From Eledone cirrhosa (taxonomy: Eukaryota): a stretch of DNA of 64,000 nucleotides. The notes beneath the pieces were generated by a model. It was not told the origin of the DNA and did no database searches. It saw only the letters and a program-made list of their open reading frames with translations. The stretch covers positions 17,236,001-17,300,000 of the forward strand of contig OZ024744.1 of assembly GCA_964016885.1 (NCBI GenBank), in the 5' to 3' direction. The translations under genes and the position numbers were made by a program. Shown here piece by piece: positions 49,131 to 63,000 of the stretch. Every line of letters begins with the position of its first letter. Position 1 is the first letter of the stretch.

Positions 49131-50559
49131 GGTTGATACTCATTGCTGACCTGTACACCATCAGGTATTGACGACAGGTTGGTACTCATTGTTGACCTGT
49201 ACACCATCAGATACTGACGACAAGTTGATGCTCATTGCTGACATGTACACCATCAGGTATTGACGACAGGTTGATACTCATTGCTGACTGTTAACCATCA
49301 GATACTGACGACAGGTTGATACTCATTGCTGACCAGTACACCATCAGACATTGATGACAGGTTGATACTCATTGCTGACCTGTACACCATCAGACATTGA
49401 CGACAGGTTGCTACTCATTGCTGACCTGTACACCATCAGGTATTGACTGCAGTTGATACTCATTGCTGATCTGTACACCATAAGACTTTGACGGCAGGTT
49501 GATACTCATTGCTGACCTGTACACCATCAGACATTGACGGCAGGTTGATACTCATTGCTGTCCTGTACACCATCAGGTATTGACGACAGGTTGATACTCA
49601 TTGCTGACCTGTACACCATCAGACATTGACGACAGGTTGATACTCATTGCTGACCTGTACACCATCAGATACCGACGACAGGTTGATACTCATTTCTGAC
49701 CTGTACACCATCAGACATTGACGGCAGGTTGATACTCATTGCTGACCTGTACACCATCAGACATTGACGACAGGTTGATACTCATTGCTGACCTGTACAC
49801 CATCAGATATTGTCGGCAGGTTGATACTCATTGCTCACCTGTACACCATCAGACATTGACGGCAGGTTGATACTCATTGCTGACCTGTACACTATCAGAC
49901 ATTGACGGCAAGGTTGATACTCATTGCTGTCCTGTACACCATCAGGTATTGACGACAGGTTGATACTCATTGCTGACCTGTACACCATCAGACATTGACG
50001 ACAGGTTGAAACTCATTGCTGACCTGTACACCATCAGATACCGACGACATGTTGATACTCATTTCTGACCTGTACACCATCAGACATTGACGGCAGGTTG
50101 ATACTCATTGCTGACCTGTACACCATCAGACATTGAAGACAGGTTGATACTCATTGCTGACCTGTACACCATCAGACATTGACGACAGGTTGATACTCAT
50201 TGCTGACCTGTACACCATCAGGTATTGACGACAGGTTGATACTCATTGCTGACCTGTACACCATCAGTTATTGACGACAGGTTGATACTCATTGCTGACC
50301 TGTACACCATCAGATATTGACGGCAGGTTGATACTCATTGCTGACCTGTACACCATCAGACATTGACGGCAGGTTGATACTCATTGCTGACCTGTACACC
50401 ATCAGACATTGACGGCAGGTTGATACTCATTGCTGACCTGTACACCATCAGTTATTGACGACAGGTTGATACTCATTGTTGACCTGTACACCATCAGATA
50501 CTGACGACAAGTTGATACTCATTGCTCACCTGTACACCATCAGATATTGACGACAGGTT

Positions 50560-53500
50560 GGTACTCATTGCTCACCTGTACACCATCAGATACTGACGAC
50601 AGGTTGATACTCATTGCTGACCTGATAACCATCAGACATTGACGGCATTTTGATACTCATTGCTGACCTGTACACCATCAAACATTGACGACAGGTTGAT
50701 ACTCGTTGCTGATCTGTACACCATCAGATACTGACGACAGGTTGATACTCATTGCTGACCTGTACACCATCAGACATTGACGGCAGGTTGATACTCATTG
50801 CTGACATGTACACCATCAGACATTGACGGCAGGTTGATACTCATTGCTGACCTGTACACCATCAGTTATTGACGACAGGTTGATACTCATTGCTGACCTG
50901 TACACCATCAGGTATTGACGACAGGTTGGTACTCATTGTTGACCTGTACACCATCAGATACAGACGACAAGTTGATTCTCATTGCTCACCTGTACACCAT
51001 CAGATATTGACGACAGGTTGGTACTCATTGCTGACCTGTACACCATCAGATACTGACGACAGGTTGATACTCATTGCTGATCTGATAACCATCAGACATT
51101 GACGACAGGTTGATACTCATTGCCGACCTGTACACCATCAGGTATTGACGACAGGTTGATACTCATTGCTGACCTGTACACCATCAGACATTGACGGCAG
51201 GTTGATACTCATTGCTGACCAGTACACCATCAGGTATTGACGACAGGTTGATACTCATTGCTGACCTGTACACCATCAGACATTGACGGCAGATTGATAC
51301 TCATTGCTGACCTGTACACCATCAGGTATTGACGACAGGTTGATACTCATTGCTTACCTGTACACCATCAGGTACAGATGACAGGTTGATACACATTGCA
51401 GACCTGTACACTACAGGTATTGACGCCAGGTTGATATTCATTGCTTACCTGTACACCATCAGCCATTGACGGCAGGTTGGTACTCATTGCTGACCTGTAC
51501 ACCATCAGACATTGACGGCAGGTTGATACTCATTGCTGACCTGTACACCATCAGTTATTGACGACAGGTTGGTACTCATTGTTGACCTGTAAACCATCAG
51601 ATACTGACGACAAGTTTATACTCATTGCTGACATGTACACCATCAGATATTGACGACAGGTTGGTACTCATTGCTGACCTGTACACCATCAGATACTGAC
51701 GACAGGTTGATACTCATTGCTGACCTGTACACCATCAGACACTGACGACAGGTTGATACTCATTGCTGACCTGTCCACCATCAGACATTGACGGCAGGTT
51801 GATACACATTGCTGACCTGTACACCATCAGACATTGACGACAGGTTGATACTCATTGCTGACCTGTACACCATCAGTTATTGACGACAGGTTGATACTCA
51901 TTGCTGACCTGTACACCATAAGATATTGACGGCAGGTTGATACTCATTGCTGACCTGTACACCATCAGACATTGACGGCAGGTTGATACTCATTGCTGAC
52001 CTGTACACCATCAGACATTGACGACAGGTTGATACTCATTGCTGACCTGTACACCATCAGTTATTGACGACAGGTGATACTCATTGTTGACCTGTACACC
52101 ATCAGATACTGACGACAAGTTGATACTCATTGCTCACCTGTACACCATCAGATATTGACGACAGGTTGGTACTCATTGCTGACCTGTACACTATCAGATA
52201 CTGACGACAGGTTGATACTCATTGCTGACCTGATAACCATCAGACATTGACGGCATTTTGATACTCATTGCTGACCTGTACACCATCAGACATTGACGAC
52301 AGGTTGATACTCGTTGCTGATCTGTACACCATCAGATACTGACGACAGGTTGATACTCATTGCTGACCTGTACACCATCAGACATTGACGGCAGGTTGAT
52401 ACTCATTGCTGACCTGTACACCATCAGACATTGACGGCAGGTTGATACTCATTGCTGACCTGTACACCATCAGTTATTGACGACAGGTTGATACTCATTG
52501 CTGACCTGTACACCATCAGATATTGACGGCAGGTTGATACTCATTGCTAACCTGTACACCATCAGACATTGACGGCAGGTAGATACTCATTGCTGACCTG
52601 TACACCATCAGACATTGACGGTAGGTTGATACTCATTGCTCTCCTGTACACCATCAGGTATTGACGACATGTTGGTACTCATTGTTGACCTGTACACCAT
52701 CAGATACTGACGACAAGTTGATTCTCATTGCTCACCTGTACACCATCAGATATTGACGACAGGTTGGTACTCATTGCTGACCTGACACCATCAGATACTG
52801 ACGACAGGTTGATACACATTGCTGACCTGATAACCATCAGACATTGACGACAGGTTGATACTCATTGCTGACCTGTACACCATCAGGTATTGACGACAGG
52901 TTGATACTCATTGCTGACCTGTACACCATCAGACATTGACGGCAGGTTGATACTCATTGCTGACCAGTACACCATCAGGTATTGACGACAGGTTGATACT
53001 CATTGCTTACCTGTACACCATCAGGTACAGATGACAGGTTGATACACATTGCAGACATGTACACCATCAGGTATTGACGGCAGGTTGATATTCATTGCTG
53101 ACCTGTACACCATCAGCCATTGACGGCAGGTTGGTACTCATTGCTGACCTGTACACCATCAGACATTGACGGCAGGTTGATACTCATTGCTGACCTGTAC
53201 ACCATCAGGTATTGACGACAGGTTGGTGCTCATTGTTGACCTGTACACCATCAGATACTGACGACAAGTTGATACTCATTGCTGACATGTACACCATCAG
53301 ATATTGACGACAGGTTGGTACTCATTGCTCACCTGTACACCATCAGATACTGACGACAGGTTGATACTCATTGCTGACCTGATAACCATCAGACATTGAC
53401 GGCATTTTGATACTCATTGCTGACCTGTACACCATCAAACATTGACGACAGGTTGATACTCGTTGCTGATCTGTACACCATCAGATACTGACGACAGGTT

Positions 53501-56475
53501 GATACTCATTGCTGACCTGTACACCATCAGACATTGACGGCAGGTTGATACTCATTGCTGACATGTACACCATCAGACATTGACGGCAGGTTGATACTCA
53601 TTGCTGACCTGTACACCATCAGTTATTGACGACAGGTTGATACTCATTGCTGACCTGTACACCATCAGGTATTGACGACAGGTTGGTACTCATTGTTGAC
53701 CTGTACACCATCAGATACTGACGACAAGTTGATTCTCATTGCTCACCTGTACACCATCAGATATTGACGACAGGTTGGTACTCATTGCTGACCTGTACAC
53801 CATCAGATACTGACGACAGGTTGATACTCATTGCTGACCTGATAACCATCAGACATTGACGACAGGTTGATACTCATTGCTGACCTGTACACCATCAGGT
53901 ATTGACGACAGGTTGATACTCATTGCTGACCTGTACACCATCAGACATTGACGGCAGGTTGATACTCATTGCTGACCAGTACACCATCAGGTATTGACGA
54001 CAGGTTGATACTCATTGCTTACCTGTACACCATCAGGTACAGATGACAGGTTGATACACATTGCAGACCTGTACACCATCAGGTATTGACGGCAGGTTGA
54101 TATTCATTGCTGACCTGTACACCATCAGCCATTGACGGCAGGTTGGTACTCATTGCTGACCTGTACACCATCAGACATTGACGGCAGGTTGATACTCATT
54201 GCTGACCTGTACACCATCAGGTATTGACGACAGGTTGGTGCTCATTGTTGACCTGTACACCATCAGATACTGACGACAAGTTGATACTCATTGCTGACAT
54301 GTACACCATCAGATATTGACGACATGTTGGTACTCATTGCTCACCTGTACACCATCAGATACTGACGACAGGTTGATACTCATTGCTGACCTGATAACCA
54401 TCAGACATTGACGGCATTTTGATACTCATTGCTGCCCTGTACACCATCAAACATTGACGACAGGTTGATACTCGTTGCTGATCTGTACACCATCAGATAC
54501 TGACGACAGGTTGATACTCATTGCTGACCTGTACACCATCAGACATTGACGGCAGGTTGATACTCATTGCTGACATGTACACCATCAGACATTGACGGCA
54601 GGTTGATACTCATTGCTGACCTGTACACCATCAGTTATTGACGACAGGTTGATACTCATTGCTGACCTGTACACCATCAGGTATTGACGACAGGTTGGTA
54701 CTCATTGTTGACCTGTACACCATCAGATACTGACGACAAGTTGATTCTCATTGCTCACCTGTACACCATCAGATATTGACGACAGGTTGGTACTCATTGC
54801 TGACCTGTACACCATCAGATACTGACGACAGGTTGATACTTATTGCTGATCTTATAACCATCAGACATTGACGACAGGTTGATACTCATTGCCGACCTGT
54901 ACACCATCAGGTATTGACGACAGGTTGATACTCATTGCTGACCTGTACACCATCAGACATTGACGGCAGGTTGATACTCATTGCTGACCAGTACACCACC
55001 AGGTATTGACGACAGGTTGATACTCATTGCTGACCTGTACACCATCAGACATTGACGGCAGATTGATACTCATTGCTGACCTGTACACCATCAGGTATTG
55101 ACGACAGGTTGATACTCATTGCTTACCTGTACACCATCAGGTACAGATGACAGGTTGATACACATTGCAGACCTGTACACTACAGGTATTGACGCCAGGT
55201 TGATATTCATTGCTTACCTGTACACCATCAGCCATTGACGGCAGGTTGGTACTCATTGCTGACCTGTACACCATCAGACATTGACGGCAGGTTGATACTC
55301 ATTGCTGACCTGTACACCATCAGGTATTGACGACAGGTTGGTACTCATTGTTGACCTGTAAACCATCAGATACTGACGACAAGTTTATACTCATTGCTGA
55401 CATGTACACCATCAGATATTGACGACAGGTTGGTACTCATTGCTGACCTGTACACCATCAGATACTGACGACAGGTTGATACTCATTGCTGACCTGTACA
55501 CCATCAGACACTGACGACAGGTTGATACTCATTGCTGACCTGTCCACCATCAGACATTGACGGCAGGTTGATACACATTGCTGACCTGTACACAATCAGA
55601 CATTGACGACAGGTTGATACTCATTGCTGACCTGTACACCATCAGTTATTGACGACAGGTTGATACTCATTGCTGACCTGTACACCATCAGATATTGACG
55701 GCAGGTTGATACTCATTGCTGACCTGTACACCATCAGACATTGACGGCAGGTTGATACTCATTGCTGACCTGTACACCATCAGACATTGACGACAGGTTG
55801 ATACTCATTGCTGACCTGTACACCATCAGTTATTGACGACAGGTGATACTCATTGTTGACCTGTACACCATCAGATACTGACGACAAGTTGATACTCATT
55901 GCTCACCTGTACACCATCAGATATTGACGACAGGTTGGTACTCATTGCTGACCTGTACACTATCAGATACTGACGACAGGTTGATACTCATTGCTGACCT
56001 GATAACCATCAGACATTGACGGCATTTTGATACTCATTGCTGACCTGTACACCATCAGACATTGACGACAGGTTGATACTCGTTGCTGATCTGTACACCA
56101 TCAGATACTGACGACAGGTTGATACTCATTGCTGACCTGTACACCATCAGACATTGACGGCAGGTTGATACTCATTGCTGACCTGTACACCATCAGACAT
56201 TGACGGCAGGTTGATACTCATTGCTGACCTGTACACCATCAGTTATTGACGACAGGTTGATACTCATTGCTGACCTGTACACCATCAGATATTGACGGCA
56301 GGTTGATACTCATTGCTAACCTGTACACCATCAGACATTGACGGCAGGTAGATACTCATTGCTGACCTGTACACCATCAGACATTGACGGTAGGTTGATA
56401 CTCATTGCTCTCCTGTACACCATCAGGTATTGACGACATGTTGGTACTCATTGTTGACCTGTACACCATCAGATA
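50560..56475. repeat. Block duplication at offset 3769 bp (82 monomers minus 3 bp): about 50560-52705 and 54330-56475
   Basis: CTACAGG deletion 51411/55180 and CAGGTGATAC deletion 52071/55840. Similarity continues at offset 3723 (one monomer lost), e.g. 52784/56507. Confidence 0.85.
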
Positions 56476-57027
56476 TTGACGACAGGTTGGTACTCATTGC
56501 TGACCTGACACCATCAGATACTGACGACAGGTTGATACACATTGCTGACCTGATAACCATCAGACATTGACGACAGGTTGATACTCATTGCTGACCTGTA
56601 CACCATCAGGTATTGACGACAGGTTGATACTCATTGCTGACCTGTACACCATCAGACATTGACGGCAGGTTGATACTCATTGCTGACCAGTACACCATCA
56701 GGTATTGACGACAGGTTGATACTCATTGCTTACCTGTACACCATCAGGTACAGATGACAGGTTGATACACATTGCAGACATGTACACCATCAGGTATTGA
56801 CGGCAGGTTGATATTCATTGCTGACCTGTACACCATCAGACATTGACGGCAGGTTGATACTCATTGCTGACCTGTACACCATCAGGTATTGACGACAGGT
56901 TGGTGCTCATTGTTGACCTGTACACCATCAGATACTGACGACAAGTTGATACTCATTGCTGACATGTACACCATCAGATATTGACGACAGGTTGGTACTC
57001 ATTGCTCACCTGTACACCATCAGATAC

Positions 57028-60000
57028 TGACGACAGGTTGATACTCATTGCTGACCTGATAACCATCAGACATTGACGGCATTTTGATACTCATTGCTGA
57101 CCTGTACACCATCAAACATTGACGACAGGTTGATACTCGTTGCTGATCTGTACACCATCAGATACTGACGACAGGTTGATACTCATTGCTGACCTGTACA
57201 CCATCAGACATTGACGGCAGGTTGATACTCATTGCTGACATGTACACCATCAGACATTGACGGCAGGTTGATACTCATTGCTGACCTGTACACCATCAGT
57301 TATTGACGACAGGTTGATACTCATTGCTGACCTGTACACCATCAGGTATTGACGACAGGTTGGTACTCATTGTTGACCTGTACACCATCAGATACTGGCG
57401 ACAAGTTGATTCTCATTGCTCACCTGTACACCATCAGATATTGACGACAGGTTGGTACTCATTGCTGACCTGTACACCATCAGATACTGACGACAGGTTG
57501 ATACTCATTGCTGATCTGATAACCATCAGACATTGACGACAGGTTGATACTCATTGCTGACCTGTACACCATCAGACATTGACGACAGGTTGATACTCAT
57601 TGCTGACCTGTACACCATCAGGTATTGACGACAGGTTGGTACTCATTGTTGACCTGTAAACCATCAGATACTGACGACAAGTTTATACTCATTGCTGACA
57701 TGTACACCATCAGATACTGACGACAGGTTGATACTCATTGCTGACCTGTACACCATCAGACACTGACGACAGGTTGATACTCATTGCTGACCTGTCCACC
57801 ATCAGACATTGATGGCAGGTTGATACACATTGCTGACCTGTACACCATCAGGTACAGATGACAGGTTGATACTCATTGCTGACCTGTACACCATCAGTTA
57901 TTGACGACAGGTTGATACTCATTGCTGACCTGTACACCATCAGATATTGACGGCAGGTTGATACTCATTGCTGACCTGTACACCATCAGACATTGACGGC
58001 AGGTTGATACTCATTGCTGACCTGTACACCATCAGACATTGACGACAGGTTGATACTCATTGCTGACCTGTACACCATCAGATACTGACGACAAGTTGAT
58101 TCTCATTGCTCACCTGTACACCATCAGATATTGACGACAGGTTGGTACTCATTGCTGACCTGACACCATCAGATACTGACGACAGGTTGATACACATTGC
58201 TGACCTGATAACCATCAGACATTGACGACAGGTTGATACTCATTGCTGACCTGTACACCATCAGGTATTGACGACAGGTTGATACTCATTGCTGACCTGT
58301 ACACCATCAGACATTGACGGCAGGTTGATACTCATTGCTGACCAGTACACCATCAGGTATTGACGACAGGTTGATACTCATTGCTTACCTGTACACCATC
58401 AGGTACAGATGACAGGTTGATACACATTGCAGACATGTACACCATCATGTATTGACGGCAGGTTGATATTCATTGCTGACCTGTACACCATCAGACATTG
58501 ACGGCAGGTTGATACACATTGCTGACCTGTACACCATCAGGTATTGACGACAGGTTGGTGCTCATTGTTGACCTGTACACCATCAGATACTGACGACAAG
58601 TTGATTCTCATTGCTCACCTGTACACCATCAGATATTGACGACAGGTTGGTACTCATTGCTCACCTGTACACCATCAGATACTGACGACAGGTTGATACT
58701 CATTGCTGACCTGATAACCATCAGACATTGACGGCATTTTGATACTCATTGCTGACCTGTACACCATCAAACATTGACGACAGGTTGATACTCGTTGCTG
58801 ATCTGTACACCATCAGATACTGACGACAGGTTGATACTCATTGCTGACCTGTACACCATCAGACATTGACGGCAGGTTGATACTCATTGCTGACATGTAC
58901 ACCATCAGACATTGACGGCAGGTTGATACTCATTGCTGACCTGTACACCATCAGTTATTGACGACAGGTTGATACTCATTGCTGACCTGTACACCATCAG
59001 GTATTGACGACAGGTTGGTACTCATTGTTGACCTGTACACCATCAGATACTGACGACAAGTTGATTCTCATTGCTCACCTGTACACCATCAGATATTGAC
59101 GACAGGTTGGTACTCATTGCTGACCTGTACACCATCAGATACTGACGACAGGTTGATACTCATTGCTGATCTGATAACCATCAGACATTGACGACAGGTT
59201 GATACTCATTGCCGACCTGTACACCATCAGGTATTGACGACAGGTTGATACTCATTGCTGACCTGTACACCATCAGACATTGACGGCAGGTTGATACTCA
59301 TTGCTGACCAGTACACCATCAGGTATTGACGACAGGTTGATACTCATTGCTGACCTGTACACCATCAGACATTGACGGCAGATTGATACTCATTGCTGAC
59401 CTGTACACCATCAGGTATTGACGACAGGTTGATACTCGTTGCTGATCTGTACACCATCAGATACTGACGACAGGTTGATACTCATTGCTGACCTGTACAC
59501 CATCAGACATTGACGGCAGGTTGATACTCATTGCTGACCTGTACACCATCAGACATTGACGGCAGGTTGATACTCATTGCTGACCTGTACACCATCAGTT
59601 ATTGACGACAGGTTGATACTCATTGCTGACCTGTAAACCATCAGATATTGACGGCATGTTGATACTCATTGCTAACCTGTACACCATCAGACATTGACGG
59701 CAGGTAGATACTCATTGCTGACCTGTACACCATCAGACATTGACGGTAGGTTGATACTCATTGCTCTCCTGTACACCATCAGGTATTGACGACATGTTGG
59801 TACTCATTGTTGACCTGTACACCATCAGATACTGACGACAAGTTGATTCTCATTGCTCACCTGTACACCATCAGATATTGACGACAGGTTGGTACTCATT
59901 GCTGACCTGACACCATCAGATACTGACGACAGGTTGATACACATTGCTGACCTGATAACCATCAGACATTGACGACAGGTTGATACTCATTGCTGACCTG

Positions 60001-63000
60001 TACACCATCAGGTATTGACGACAGGTTGATACTCATTGCTGACCTGTACACCATCAGACATTGACGGCAGGTTGATACTCATTGCTGACCAGTACACCAT
60101 CAGGTATTGACGACAGGTTGATACTCATTGCTTACCTGTACACCATCAGGTACAGATGACAGGTTGATACACATTGCAGACATGTACACCATCAGGTATT
60201 GACGGCAGGTTGATATTCATTGCTGACCTGTACACCATCAGCCATTGACGGCAGGTTGGTACTCATTGCTGACCTGTACACCATCAGACATTGACGGCAG
60301 GTTGATACTCATTGCTGACCTGTACACCATCAGGTATTGACGACAGGTTGGTGCTCATTGTTGACCTGTACACCATCAGATACTGACGACAAGTTGATAC
60401 TCATTGCTGACATGTACACCATCAGATATTGACGACAGGTTGGTACTCATTGCTCACCTGTACACCATCAGATACTGACGACAGGTTGATACTCATTGCT
60501 GACCTGATAACCATCAGACATTGACGGCATTTTGATACTCATTGCTGACCTGTACACCATCAAACATTGACGACAGGTTGATACTCGTTGCTGATCTGTA
60601 CACCATCAGATACTGACGACAGGTTGATACTCATTGCTGACCTGTACACCATCAGACATTGACGGCAGGTTGATACTCATTGCTGACATGTACACCATCA
60701 GACATTGACGGCAGGTTGATACTCATTGCTGACCTGTACACCATCAGTTATTGACGACAGGTTGATACTCATTGCTGACCTGTACACCATCAGGTATTGA
60801 CGACAGGTTGGTACTCATTGTTGACCTGTACACCATCAGATACTGACGACAAGTTGATTCTCATTGCTCACCTGTACACCATCAGATATTGACGACAGGT
60901 TGGTACTCATTGCTGACCTGTACACCATCAGATACTGACGACAGGTTGATACTCATTGCTGATCTGATAACCATCAGACATTGACGACAGGTTGATACTC
61001 ATTGCCGACCTGTACACCATCAGGTATTGACGACAGGTTGATACTCATTGCTGACCTGATAACCATCAGACATTGACGGCATTTTGATACTCATTGCTGA
61101 CCTGTACACCATCAAACATTGACGACAGGTTGATACTCGTTGCTGATCTGTACACCATCAGATACTGACGACAGGTTGATACTCATTGCTGACCTGTACA
61201 CCATCAGACATTGACGGCAGGTTGATACTCATTGCTGACATGTACACCATCAGACATTGACGGCAGGTTGATACTCATTGCTGACCTGTACACCATCAGT
61301 TATTGACGACAGGTTGATACTCATTGCTGACCTGTACACCATCAGGTATTGACGACAGGTTGGTACTCATTGTTGACCTGTACACCATCAGATACTGGCG
61401 ACAAGTTGATTCTCATTGCTCACCTGTACACCATCAGATATTGACGACAGGTTGGTACTCATTGCTGACCTGTACACCATCAGATACTGACGACAGGTTG
61501 ATACTCATTGCTGATCTGATAACCATCAGACATTGACGACAGGTTGATACTCATTGCTGACCTGTACACCATCAGACATTGACGACAGGTTGATACTCAT
61601 TGCTGACCTGTACACCATCAGGTATTGACGACAGGTTGGTACTCATTGTTGACCTGTAAACCATCAGATACTGACGACAAGTTTATACTCATTGCTGACA
61701 TGTACACCATCAGATACTGACGACAGGTTGATACTCATTGCTGACCTGTACACCATCAGACACTGACGACAGGTTGATACTCATTGCTGACCTGTCCACC
61801 ATCAGACATTGATGGCAGGTTGATACACATTGCTGACCTGTACACCATCAGACATTGACGACAGGTTGATACTCATTGCTGACCTGTACACCATCAGTTA
61901 TTGACGACAGGTTGATACTCATTGCTGACCTGTACACCATCAGATATTGACGGCAGGTTGATACTCATTGCTGACCTGTACACCATCAGACATTGACGGC
62001 AGGTTGATACTCATTGCTGACCTGTACACCATCAGACATTGACGACAGGTTGATACTCATTGCTGACCTGTACACCATCAGATACTGACGACAAGTTGAT
62101 TCTCATTGCTCACCTGTACACCATCAGATATTGACGACAGGTTGGTACTCATTGCTGACCTGACACCATCAGATACTGACGACAGGTTGATACACATTGC
62201 TGACCTGATAACCATCAGACATTGACGACAGGTTGATACTCATTGCTGACCTGTACACCATCAGGTATTGACGACAGGTTGATACTCATTGCTGACCTGT
62301 ACACCATCAGACATTGACGGCAGGTTGATACTCATTGCTGACCAGTACACCATCAGGTATTGACGACAGGTTGATACTCATTGCTTACCTGTACACCATC
62401 AGGTACAGATGACAGGTTGATACACATTGCAGACATGTACACCATCATGTATTGACGGCAGGTTGATATTCATTGCTGACCTGTACACCATCAGACATTG
62501 ACGGCAGGTTGATACACATTGCTGACCTGTACACCATCAGGTATTGACGACAGGTTGGTGCTCATTGTTGACCTGTACACCATCAGATACTGACGACAAG
62601 TTGATTCTCATTGCTCACCTGTACACCATCAGATATTGACGACAGGTTGGTACTCATTGCTCACCTGTACACCATCAGATACTGACGACAGGTTGATACT
62701 CATTGCTGACCTGATAACCATCAGACATTGACGGCATTTTGATACTCATTGCTGACCTGTACACCATCAAACATTGACGACAGGTTGATACTCGTTGCTG
62801 ATCTGTACACCATCAGATACTGACGACAGGTTGATACTCATTGCTGACCTGTACACCATCAGACATTGACGGCAGGTTGATACTCATTGCTGACATGTAC
62901 ACCATCAGACATTGACGGCAGGTTGATACTCATTGCTGACCTGTACACCATCAGTTATTGACGACAGGTTGATACTCATTGCTGACCTGTACACCATCAG

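Noticed and set aside
28700-56475. A conserved 82-monomer HOR (offset seen twice)
   Set aside because: The two 82-offset duplications involve different variant content and offsets shift locally to 81 or 84, so there is no sustained period.
11497-61536. The 13 short ORFs (61-76 aa) in the ORF track
   Set aside because: They are translations of the repeat where a variant or indel removes a TGA. The unit length is 3n+1, so peptides cycle through all three frames, and identical ORFs merely mark the block duplications.
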